64,000 nucleotides of DNA from Felis catus (Eukaryota): contig NC_058368.1 in the NCBI RefSeq assembly GCF_018350175.1, positions 182,530,001 through 182,594,000 of the forward strand. Direction: 5' to 3'. The translations under genes and the position numbers were made by a program. Numbering within the stretch: position 1 is the stretch's first letter; each line of letters begins with the position of its first letter. The notes under the pieces are model-generated. The model saw only the letters and a program-made list of their open reading frames with translations. It was not told the DNA's origin and made no database searches. This document shows, one piece after another, positions 50,238-60,658 of the stretch.

Positions 50238-51146
50238 TCTAGCCCTTTTAATGAACTTTCAAACAGTAAATACTCAACACATTTGTTGAATTAAATATAC
50301 ACATACATAGAAACACATATATCAAGACCATAATATTTTAAAAACAAAAAAAGGAAGACAACTAAATGGTAATTACCACTAAAATCAAAACATTTGATTT
50401 ATTTTTCCCCTTTGCTGCCATGTCCCTAGGAAGTATATGGGTGACTCAGTAAATGGGATCTGCATTCGCTACTTTTTTCCCCAGCAGAAATTCTCACGCT
50501 AGGAGCAGAAGCCAGTGCTTATTTGTTTGCTTCATTATCCTAATGAATAAGACAAGACTTTCAGGGATTTGTAAGTGAATTATAGACGTTGAAGTGTTCT
50601 ACTCAGTTTAAAAAAAAATGTTTGTATCTGCACACTTAAATAACAAAGCATGGTTATTTCAGGAAAATTGAAATAAACCTAGTTAAACTAGACTTAATTT
50701 ACATATGTTGATATTTAACCTTTATTACAGAAAATGTGTCTTATATCAGAAACATATAACACTGAGCTAGAAGTGATGTTTTATGTATCAAAGGGGGTAT
50801 CCCACTTTAATCCATGAATCATATAAATCTACACACCTTTCTTTCTGCAGAGATAGTAAAATGTGCCTTCTTTTTAATCCTTGAGAATGAACCATTACTG
50901 TAAAGAGATGTGGCTATTTTCAGAAGTAGAGTGGAAACTTGCATAGTGATAAAATCAAAGCCCTTTGTATCTAGGTAACAGAAAATCCTAACATACCTAT
51001 TGTTATTCATCTCCATGGTGCATAAATAGAGATATATAGTCATATACCCCAAGCTTTCTACTCTCTTCACAATAGAGGGTTCTCTTATTTCAAACAAGCA
51101 TTGAATTTAGTGAAAATTCACAATAAAAATAAAATAATACATATGA

Positions 51147-51362
51147 GAGGCACCTGGGTGGCTCAGTCAGTTGAGCGTCCAACTTCTGCTAAGGTCATGA
51201 TCTCAAGGTTCACAAGTTTGAGCCCTGCATCAGGCTCTGCGCTGACAGCTCTGAGCCTGGAGCCTGCTTCAGATTCTGTGTCTCGCTGTCTCTCTCTCTG
51301 CCTCTCCCCCACTCATGCTCTATCCCTCTCTCTCAAATATAAATAAACATAAAAAAATTAAA
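51147..51362 (+). mobile_element. CanSINE
   Basis: GAGGCACCTGGGTGGCTCAGTCAGTTGAGCGTCC head, CT tract, A-rich tail. Confidence 0.96.
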
Positions 51363-51621
51363 AATACATACAAATAATTAATATATGCATACAATCTTAT
51401 ACTAAAATTTGAAAGAGAAAATTAAGATGATACCAACCATTAATTAAACACCATTTGAGGAAATTTCCTGAAATTATTTTTCACATCAATTGTTCCAGCT
51501 GGTTTTGTTTGTTTGTCTGTTTTACTGCAGAGTATCTAAGATTTCACTAAATGGAAATATCTTACATACCTGGCTACAGAATCAACCATGAGCTGCTTAG
51601 TAGAAAAGATCACTGACGGTA

Positions 51622-51950
51622 TGTTTTCCTTAGTCTGGGTTTTCTTGAAGAAAGAACCTGAGACAAGACTTGGGTTCTGCTAGCTTATCAGGCAGATAAT
51701 CAGAGTGAAAATGGCACAAAGAAAGAAACAAACAAACACTACAGTGGACATTATTGAGCAAGGTACCATTATGGAAAAATGGCACTCAATATCACTGAAA
51801 CTGAATTACATGTAGATTGCAAGGATGTCCCACTAAAGTATGGGAGGCTGGATCATTCATGTCTCTAGTGATTTATTTATTCCCTTGGTTGAAGAGTACC
51901 CTGAGGGATTAACACCCTTGAGTTTGTGTTACATCTGAACTTGGGTTAAT
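51622..51950 (-). mobile_element. ERVL solo LTR (LTR16/LTR33-like)
   Basis: CCTTAGTCTGGGTTTTC...GAACCTGAGACAAGACTTGGGT...ATTATTGAGCAAGGTACCA...TTGGTTGAAGAGTACCC. Confidence 0.6.
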
Positions 51951-52161
51951 TGAGAGACAAAAGATAATCCTTCTATGTAGATCAAGACTTTTGTGTAATT
52001 ACAAGAATGGGATTTATAACCTGTTAATAGCATTACCAGAGCATAGAATTACAGGTCTGGGCTCTTCCACTTCCAAGCATATGCCTTATTTCCTTTCATT
52101 ATTGTAGGTGTTATAAAATTACTTTTTGAGAATGGAATGTTTACCAGGCTTTAGAAATACT

Positions 52162-52170
52162 ACACACACA

Positions 52171-52208
<38 letters not shown>
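52162..52208. repeat. Interrupted (AC)n microsatellite
   Basis: Read directly; CGCG interruption. Confidence 0.95.
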
Positions 52209-52209
<1 letters not shown>

Positions 52210-52559
52210 TCCTGTGAAATTATGCATATATTTTCTGACATTTGTATTAAACCATACAAGAAGCTCCTCTCATACTTCAAAAGGAAACAGAAACATTTTA
52301 TGATGGCATAAAAGAGGGCTCATGAACTTCCCTGGGACAGCAATGATCAGGTTGCGCTCACAGAACCTGATCACTAAGGAACCTCTGTTGCCATCCCCCA
52401 CCCACAACCCAAGGTGAACTTTTGAAAATAAAAAGTAAGATACTTAACCAGCAGAAGTCTGAGAGTCAAATAAGGACAATAAAGAATTATTACTAAGTAT
52501 GAAGTAGATAATGAGTGATGAATTTGTTTGAGAATCAGTTTGACGGATGTCTGGCAAGA

Positions 52560-52945
52560 AGACAGAGTCCTAATCTTTGGACAATAATTATCTATGAGAG
52601 GGAGCTACTGAATGATTTAGTAATGATATAAAGAACACGAGTGTGATGATTACGTTTGCATTTCAGGAAGATCACTTGGGTGAATTTAAGGAGAATGTGC
52701 TAGGGACATGTGAAGCTGAAAGAAGGGAATATGTAACTATGTACATATGAGGGGTGCTAATGCAGAATCACAGGCAAGGAAGGCTAAAGACCACAAGCAG
52801 GCAATGAGAGTAGAAGAGAGAGGAATGGTTTTAGGACTATTAATGCAGCCTAACAGGGAAATTGTTGACTGACTGAATGTTGTAAAGAGGCCTCTCTGAT
52901 GTTTCCGGGTTTCTGCTGGAGTGGCAAGGTGGATGGTAAAGTGGC
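52560..52945 (-). mobile_element. L2 LINE fragment
   Basis: GGGAGCTACTGAATGATTT...TTTGCATTTCAGGAAGATCACT...TGACTGACTGAATGT...GGTGGATGGT. Confidence 0.7.
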
Positions 52946-53231
52946 AGAGCAGACATTCAGTTCCATCTTTTTCAGCTTTCCAACCTTGTACACTTTCTAT
53001 TAAACCAAGACGTATTGTTCAATTTTCAAAACAAAAGGAATGCATGAAATGTCTTCTTTCAAAATTCCTTTTTTTTTTGCTTTTTGTTTTCTGCTTATTT
53101 AAAAAAAATCTCAAGGAGACTTACAAATAGTCTTCTTCTAACTATCCTAATTCATTTGATATATAGATTAATATACCTGAATTTATTTCCTTGTCAGAAA
53201 TAGATTGACTTATCCAGCCAGCCAATAAAAG

Positions 53232-53278
53232 CATGTATTTCTATCAGAAATACACCATGTATTTCTATCAGAAATACA
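53232..53278. repeat. Tandem duplication (period 24) of a palindromic unit
   Basis: CATGTATTTCTATCAGAAATACA twice, identical. Confidence 0.97.
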
Positions 53279-54034
53279 GTATAGGAACTGACAATAATAA
53301 CAGTAATAATTATCCAATTTTAAGATGGAGAAGTACCTTTGACCTCTATTTGATCCCTCTGGTCTATCTAAGTCTGATCCAACATTGATTTCTTTCCCAA
53401 GGAAGCTGCTATAATCGTATTATGGCTGATTTATCACAATATGCTTACTGGTTAGTAATTTCTCATCCTGAACTTGCTTCTCTCATTTTTTTCTACTCCA
53501 TGAAAAGACATACTGAAATGTTGTTTTTTTTTTTTTTTCCCAAAGCAAGGCAAATTCTCCAAGTTTTCCTCTGTATTTCTCCAGTGGGTGGTGTTAAGTG
53601 ACCTTTAGTCTTTGAGAACTATTCTAATTGCACTGTATATGTTGGTAGGGCAAAAATAAAACATAAATAAAATAAAACTTTCTTCAGGAAATCTAATTTA
53701 GATAGCAAATATGGTGATAGAGGAAGAACATATGCTCAGAAATCACTAGGTTTAGGTTCTAGATTTTTCCACTAAATATTTCTATGATTTTGAGAAAATC
53801 ATTTAGTCTTTTTGAATTTTGTACACACAAACATGCACACCTAATAATTTTAAGCAGATCTAAAAACTGTGATAATAAATACCACAGAAAAATCATCACT
53901 ACAACTTAGTGTGGGCTTCATTGTCAGTTTGTAGATCAGTGAGTACGTATTCATCATTCAAGGGCACACATTTCATTTCAGGTGAATTTTATGTGAAAAA
54001 TAGTTTTGAAAGTATCCAGTACCCCTGGATCATA

Positions 54035-54190
54035 ACACTGGGGTTCCTCAATTTACAATGATAAAACTGAGGGTCAGAGAGATTGAGTAGTGTGACTATG
54101 GTTCACATAGCTTGTTAGCTCTCCCTTCAAGGGACTTCAAGCCAAGGCTTGTAATTTCTAATCCAAATCCTTATAATTCCTCCGCCAAAA
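54035..54190 (-). mobile_element. MIR SINE
   Basis: AATTTACAATGATAAAACTGAGGGTCAGAGAGATTGAGT...GGTTCACATAGCTTGTTAG. Confidence 0.75.
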
Positions 54191-54234
54191 AATTAACAGT
54201 TGCTGGCACATTGCCATTAACAAGAAAATTAATC

Positions 54235-54872
54235 AGAGAAGATCAGATAGTGCTGTGAAAACAAACAACTCCCAAATCTTGATGATTTAATCTTTTTTTT
54301 TTCTTCATTCATGCTTTACCTCTGCTTTGGATTGCTACAAGCTCTGCTATGTATCATTGCTATGCTAGATGCCAGGCTCACCAAACAGCCATTATCTGGA
54401 TTTTTGCCAGTCACCTTGAGGAAGAGTGAGAGAAACCAGCAAAGCACAGCATGGTTCTTAAAATACTTCCTACAAGTCACGAGTCACTTTTTGTCACCTT
54501 TTATTGGCTAAACAAGTCACATGACCACAAACAACTCCAAAGAAGATGGGAAAGTTAATTTCTACCTAATGCCTAGAGAATATGACATATTTATTTATTT
54601 ATTTATTTTTTTAAATTTTTTTTTCAACGTTTATTTATTTTTGGGACAGAGAGAGACAGAGCACGAACGGGGGAGGGGCAGAGAGAGAGGGAGACACAGA
54701 ATCGGAAACAGGCTCCAGGCTCCGAGTCATCAGCCCAGAGCCCGACGCGGGGCTCGAACTCACGGACCGCGAGATCGTGACCTGGCTGAAGTCGGACACT
54801 TAACCGACTGCGCCACCCAGGCGCCCCGAGAATATGACATATTTAAATGAACATAAATAATTAATACCATAG
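54235..54872 (-). mobile_element. MaLR solo LTR (MLT1K/L-like), interrupted by a young CanSINE
   Basis: GCTGTGAAAACAAACAACTCCCAAATCTT...ATTGGCTAAACAAGTCACATGACCAC...GGGAAAG...TACCATA. Confidence 0.75.
54594..54827 (-). mobile_element. Very young felid CanSINE
   Basis: Near-consensus and CpG-rich; perfect 18-bp TSD GAGAATATGACATATTTA at 54576 and 54828. Confidence 0.98.
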
Positions 54873-55064
54873 CATGTTTAGGAAGTGAAGAACATTAAAA
54901 AAAATAAGTTTATTTCCTAAAATAGAGAAGTTAGGGAATGTTCTTTGGAGTCAGATTTATAATGCTCCATTCTCTTACAAACTGTCCCCGAATCTCAAAC
55001 ATAAATCAAACCTTCAGGAACAATAATGTATGTACTTCTTAAAATTTGACAGTCAACATTTAAA

Positions 55065-55190
55065 GCAGACTTTACCTATCAGTGGCCTGCTGGCAAGACT
55101 CAGTCAGCATATGGTTTATTTGGCTCACATAGTATATATAAATACTTTTAATACTGAGTTAGCTACTGATATTTTTAAAGGAGATTTTAG

Positions 55191-55240
<50 letters not shown>

Positions 55241-55425
55241 CGATTTTGGGTTTCTTTTAAAAATGAAAGATTTGGTAGATGGTGGCAATCATTTCTCCCT
55301 GACAAGAGTTGGCTAAACTAACATTAACCTATATTTTTGGATCAAAAATTTTCTAGTTTGTCCCTGACCTCACAATCTTCTCTTTCCTTAACAACTGTGT
55401 TCTATCACTTATTTAATATGATGAC
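55065..55425 (-). mobile_element. hAT-Charlie MER102-like containing (CA)22 at 55196-55239
   Basis: TTTATTTGGCTCACATAGT...GGAGATTT...TTTCTTTTAAAAATGAAAGATTTGG match the reverse MER102 layout. Confidence 0.6.
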
Positions 55426-55429
55426 CAGT

Positions 55430-55735
55430 CACAATCTGTTAACTGTGCATCAGAATGTACTGCCCCCTCTTTGAACTGAAAACTAGCTTATATTTCTATT
55501 TTCTTTGTCCTTGGGCATTATGACTCAATCCTCTCTGGTAGAACGTGAGTGGAAGTAGTGTGAGCCACTTGCAGAACTGGTCCACAGTCCATATTCTCCC
55601 ACGTTGGGACTGTGGAACACCTACTCTAAACTGTTACAGAGATTAACAAAAATAAATGTCCATTGTGTTAAGCTTCTGATATTTTGAGATCCATTTGCTA
55701 CAATAGCAGTTAATAAGCCTACTCCGAGTAATACA
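55430..55735 (+). mobile_element. MaLR solo LTR (MLT1I/J-like)
   Basis: GAACGTGAGTGGAAGTAGTGTGAGCCACTT...AATAAATGTCCATTGTGTTAAGC...TTTGCTACAATAGCA...TAATACA. Confidence 0.65.
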
Positions 55736-56645
55736 TAACTTCCGCAGACACCTAAGTGTGAGGTCACAATAAACTCTAGAGAGATTCTTGGATATAATAT
55801 TCTTGAAAATTCTCAGGACCAACCACTTCAACTTTCTCTAGCTGGTGCAAAGGGGCACGGGTGAAGAAGTCAGAGAGAGAAAAAAAAAGTAAATATGAAA
55901 ATACACACCCAGCATGGTTTGAAAAATACTAGTTCAATCAGTTTGGCTTCATTTTCGAAGAGTAGGAGAAAATGCACAATTGTAATAGGATGAGAATGCC
56001 AGGTTAAGAGAATATGGACTAGACTGTGGGGAAAGAATAAGTCAATTTGTTTACAGTAAGAGCACTATGGTCTTGCATCTGATTTTAGGGACACTAATTT
56101 GATATCACTGTAAATTATAAGTAGGTGGCCTGGAGAAAGTAGGATAGTAGAGGTGCTACAGGCATTTAATTGAAAGAGAGATTATGAGATATCGCTTACT
56201 GAATGCTTAATAATTTCTGCACCCTAGGCAAATCACTTCCTATGTTTTATCTCTCCATTTTACAGAAAGTAGTATTTTAAAATGCTAGTTGACTTAGCAA
56301 AAATCACATATGTCGCAGGTGGTGCAACTGGGATTTGAACTTATATCCATCTCTTTTTCAAGTCTGTTACAATAATTACTATAGTATAGCATATAATGCA
56401 ATCTAAACTTTGATAGTGAAGACAAAGTGGTAAACATATAGGAGTGAAAAAGTAGCACTATGATTTACAATTGATTTAAACTGTATTGAGATGCTACTAA
56501 GTACCAAGCACTGTGCTGGAAAAGTAAAGCATTTTTTTTTTTCAATAGCAAAGAATTTAGAGTCCAGGATTAATTGAAGATTTCAGACAGAGACAATGGT
56601 CAGGCCATCATTCCATTATTGCATGCTTTTCCATAAAATGAGATT

Positions 56646-57160
56646 ACGGTAAATGATTTTAAAAGATGGTCCCTGAAGAATTAAGACTCCCACCATTTAT
56701 GTTGTTATGTATCTCCTTTGTTCATTGAATCCAGGTTGTCCTTGAACTAGGGTTAACCAAAAGAGTGTGGTAAATTCAGCCTTTGCTTGTACCTATCTAG
56801 CCTTTAAGGCTCTTCTGTTTCTTCCTTCTCAGAAATCTTGCGTTGGGGAGCCTTAAGATGCTATGTAAGAAGTCTCACTACAAGGTGGAGATTGTGCATG
56901 GAGAGACCACATGAAGAAAGCACATAGAAAGGTAACATGGAGAACAGAACCCGTCAGGCTACATGAAGAGGGAATGAGGCCCAGCCATCCCAGAATCCCA
57001 GGCAAGCTTTCAGATGAATCTAAGCCCTATGCACCATTGAAAATAACATGAGAAACCCCAACTGAGATCAGCCCAAATGATCCCAGACAACACAGAATGA
57101 GAGATAATAAATGGTTTTAGGTTTTGAAACATTAGTTACACAGCAACAGATACTCAAAAG
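56646..57160 (+). mobile_element. MaLR solo LTR (MLT1G/H-like)
   Basis: AAAGATGGTCCC...GCTATGTAAGAAGTCTCACTAC...GGAGAGACCACATG...AGATAATAAATGG...TTACACAGCAACAGATA. Confidence 0.75.
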
Positions 57161-58279
57161 AGCGATATTATATGCCTGTGGGATAGTAGAAAAGGTGAAA
57201 AGAATGGCTTTAAACCAAAGAAATAACCTGGCTAAAATAATAATGACAGCAATAATTATAATAATACCAGTAATGATATTATCAGGCATTTTTTTTATTC
57301 ACCCTTTGATTGCACCAGACCATTCTTATTGTATTGCATGTTACTATATTTATTCAGATATAAGAAAACACATCACATAGCCTTTGAAACAAGATGATCA
57401 CATCCTTCCAATTACAGTAACATCCATTGGACCCTAATCCAATGGATTGAGACCATCAGGAGGGTAAAAAATTGTTACCCCAAATCAATGCTATAAAAAA
57501 ACTCCACTGATTTATGCATTTCATCTACTCTAATTATCATCATAGTTAAAAATGGCATTCCTTCACATATAATGAAATAGTCTGTTCAGACAGCTGTCCA
57601 GTTACTTCAAATTCTAGTAATCCATTATCTAAATCTTTACAGAGTGGCATATGTTATTAACCTATTGCTTAAAGGCTACCTGGTTTGGGGACTTCAAACT
57701 ATAACTGGTGGGCAGAGGACATTACTACATTTTACTCATATTTCTCTGCCTAAAATAAATGAACTATATACGGACAGAAGTATTCAGTTCAATACTGCCA
57801 ACCGTTCATGAGATACAAGTGAGTTGTTGTGTTGCAGGTAAGGCAATTTTGTGCCCAGATTTGATGTGCAAGAAGCCATCTGTAGAAAAATATGAATTCC
57901 ATCAATCCATTGCCTACTGATTTCAGAGAAAATGAGGGGTTGATTATCATCCCAGGTAAAAGAAAAGTGAAACCAACCCAGGCAAGGCAAGAATGTATTT
58001 TCAAAGGAAAGGCATCTGGTTGTCTAAGAACATGGCTTTAGAAGGAATAGTGCATGGTAGAATCATAAACTTTCCATAAATTGTCAGCTGGAGAAATGCC
58101 AGCAAAAGAGAGATATGGAAGTATTTTTCTTATACATGACTAACTCCTGTTAATATTACAAGATTCTGATCATATGAAAAAGAAATATGCTTGCACATAG
58201 CATAATTGAGAGTAAAAGTTGGCACTATTGCTGGTGTGAAACTTGGGAGGGCACTGTTGAATAAAAAGGATGTAAAAGC

Positions 58280-58950
58280 ATACCGATTTTTAATTATTTA
58301 ATATAAAAGTCACACATGCTTATTGTAAACAAAGACATACACAGTCACACAGGGAAAGAAGAAAAATGTGTAAAATAGAAGTGAAATGCTTCTCTTATCT
58401 GCTCCCACTCACATTCTCTCTCCTCAGAGGTAACTAATGTTAATGGATATGCAGCTTTTCAGACACATCTATAAATACACACAAACAGGTATCTATATGA
58501 ATACATTTTTAAAACTGGATTTAAGATACACATTGTTTTGCAACTTGCTTTTGATAACAATCAATAGTGACATGTATTAGACTTCATCACTGTCACTGCA
58601 TACAGAGATAACTAATTTCTTAAATGATTTGCTTTTATTTCAAGGAATGGAAGAAACTGTTTTTTTAAATTGTTTAATGTTTATTATTTGAGAGAGAGAG
58701 AGAGCGAGAGAGCACGCAGGGAAGGGGCAGAGAGAGAGGGAGACACAGAATCGGAAGCAGGACCCAGGCTCTGAGCCGCCAGCACAGAGCCCGATGCCGG
58801 GCTCGAACCCACAGACCGTGAGATCATGACCTGAGCCGAAGTTGGCCGCCCAACTGACTGAGCCACCCAGGAGCCCCGGATGAAACCACTTATTTAACGC
58901 TTTTTCTATTGATAACTGTTTATGTAACATCAATACTTGTGTGAATATTT
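58280..58950 (-). mobile_element. Old L1ME 3' fragment, interrupted by a CanSINE
   Basis: AAAGTCACACATGCTTATTGTAAA...CCTCAGAGGTAACTAATGTTAA...TTGTTTTGCAACTTGCTTTT. Confidence 0.65.
58660..58877 (-). mobile_element. CanSINE
   Basis: CpG-retaining antisense body ending CAGGAGCCCC; diverged TSD GGA(A/T)GAAAC. Confidence 0.96.
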
Positions 58951-58989
58951 CTATGGCAAGATAATAACAACAATAAGAATAGCGATCAC

Positions 58990-59225
58990 TGCAATAGGTG
59001 ATAAGTTCATATGCTTACTATGCACTGGGCACTCTGCTAAATGCTTTATGTGCTCAGTCTTCTTAGCAATTCTTTGAGGCATGTATTATAATTGCGACTT
59101 TCAGATGGTAAAATGAAGGCTGGAAAAGGTGATATAATTTATCCATGTCACATAATTAGCCCTCAGCACAACCATGATTGGAACTGTTAGTCTGTACCAA
59201 TGCCTAGATTATTAGAAGTCACACA
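58990..59225 (-). mobile_element. MIR SINE
   Basis: GCTTACTATGCACTGGGCACTCTGCTAAATGCTTTA...TTTCAGATGGTAAAATGAAGGCT. Confidence 0.75.
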
Positions 59226-59603
59226 AAACTGTCCTCTGAAAAAATTTAGAATACTGAGTAAAAGGACATGTCTATTTAAACTTTCAGACCATACTGATTC
59301 AATCTGTGTGTCTACTCAAATATTCAATGTATCAATTTAACTGTACATATGTAATAATAATCTCATAATAAATAAGATCATATATTAATTAAGACATTTT
59401 AATTGTTTCCCTCTGGCATTTTCCAAAGAAATTTTGGGAGAGCTCATCTTGTACATCATTTACATCAGTGTCTTCCTAACAACCAGAGCCACTTTTAAAC
59501 CATGTTGCTCAGGTTTTCAGCACACATCCTTTTTCCCTTCCTTTTAAGTTGTAGGGGACACAAGACTCTTTGAAAGTAGTGCGAATTTGTTCCTGATCAT
59601 TTT

Positions 59604-59821
59604 TTAAAATGTTTATTCATTTTTTTGGAGACAGACAGGCAGAGAGAGACTAAGCACAAGTTGAGGAGGGACAGAGAGAGAGGGAGACAGAGAATCCAAA
59701 GCAGGCTTCAGACTCTGAGCTGTCAGCACAGAGTCCCATACAGGGGTCGAACCCACAAACCCTGAGATCATAACCTGGGCCGAAGTCAGATGCTTAACCA
59801 ACTGAGCTACCCAGGTGTCTC
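59604..59821 (-). mobile_element. CanSINE
   Basis: Antisense body; TSD TGT(T/C)CCT(G/A)ATCATTTT at 59588 and 59822. Confidence 0.96.
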
Positions 59822-59956
59822 TGTCCCTAATCATTTTATCCTTAGCCCAAAGTAGTTAGTCCCATGATATTAGAAACTTTATTTTTCCTGTTTCCTATTC
59901 TTCTCATAAGCTTATATATGCTTTCCAAGATGTAATCATTTAGAGAATTATCTTTT

Positions 59957-60212
59957 CCTATCTATCTATCTAGCTAGCTAGCTAGCTAGCTAGCTAGCTA
60001 TCTAGCTATTTTTGAGAGAGGGAGAGAGTGTGTGCATGCGACTAAGTGGGGAAGGAGCAGAGAGAGAGAGAGGGAGATAGAGAATCCCAAGCAGGCTTAG
60101 TGCTGTCAGTACAGAGCCTGATGCAGGGCTCAAACTCACAAACCATGAAATCACGAATTGAGCTGAAATCAAGAGTCAGTGGCTTAACTGACTGAGCCAG
60201 TCAGGCATGCCC
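59957..60212 (-). mobile_element. CanSINE (older subtype) with (CTAT)/(CTAG) microsatellite tail
   Basis: GAGAATCCCAAGCAGGC...GAAATCAAGAGTCAG...; TSD GAATT(A/G)TCTTTT. Confidence 0.95.
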
Positions 60213-60240
60213 TGAATTGTCTTTTTAAAAAGTACTATGA

Positions 60241-60456
60241 GGGGCGCCTGGGTGGCGCAGTCGGTTAAGCGTCCGACTTCAGCCAGGTCACGATCTCACG
60301 GTCCGTGAGTTCAAGCCCCGCGTCAGGCTCTGGGCTGATGGCTCGGAGCCTGGAGCCTGTTTCCAATTCTGTGTCTCCCTCTCTCTCTCTGGCCCTCCCC
60401 CGTTCATGCTCTGTTTCTCTCTGTCCCAAAAATAAAAAAATAAAAAAATAAAAAAA
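60241..60456 (+). mobile_element. Very young felid CanSINE
   Basis: GGGGCGCCTGGGTGGCGCAGTCGGTTAAGCGTCCGACTTCAGCCAGG; (TAAAAAAA)n tail; perfect 15-bp TSD TAAAAAGTACTATGA at 60226 and 60457. Confidence 0.98.
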
Positions 60457-60605
60457 TAAAAAGTACTATGAAATCTTTTATGGACAAAAATACAAATAGA
60501 CTACTATAATGTTAAATGACTTAATTTCTCTTTTGCTCAGGCAGCTGTAGGTAGTGGTTCCTAGTTTTAGCAACAAGTCTACTAGGTCCAGAGGAAGATC
60601 AAATG

Positions 60606-60609
<4 letters not shown>

Positions 60610-60656
<47 letters not shown>
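60610..60656. repeat. (CA)23 microsatellite
   Basis: Read directly. Confidence 0.95.

Positions 60657-60658
<2 letters not shown>

Noticed and set aside
18722..59834. Recurrent ORF-track peptides such as GAPGWLSRLSVRL, EPGACFRFCVSLSL and MAQSV...SAQVMISRF
   Set aside because: These are translations of CanSINE copies in different frames, not a protein family
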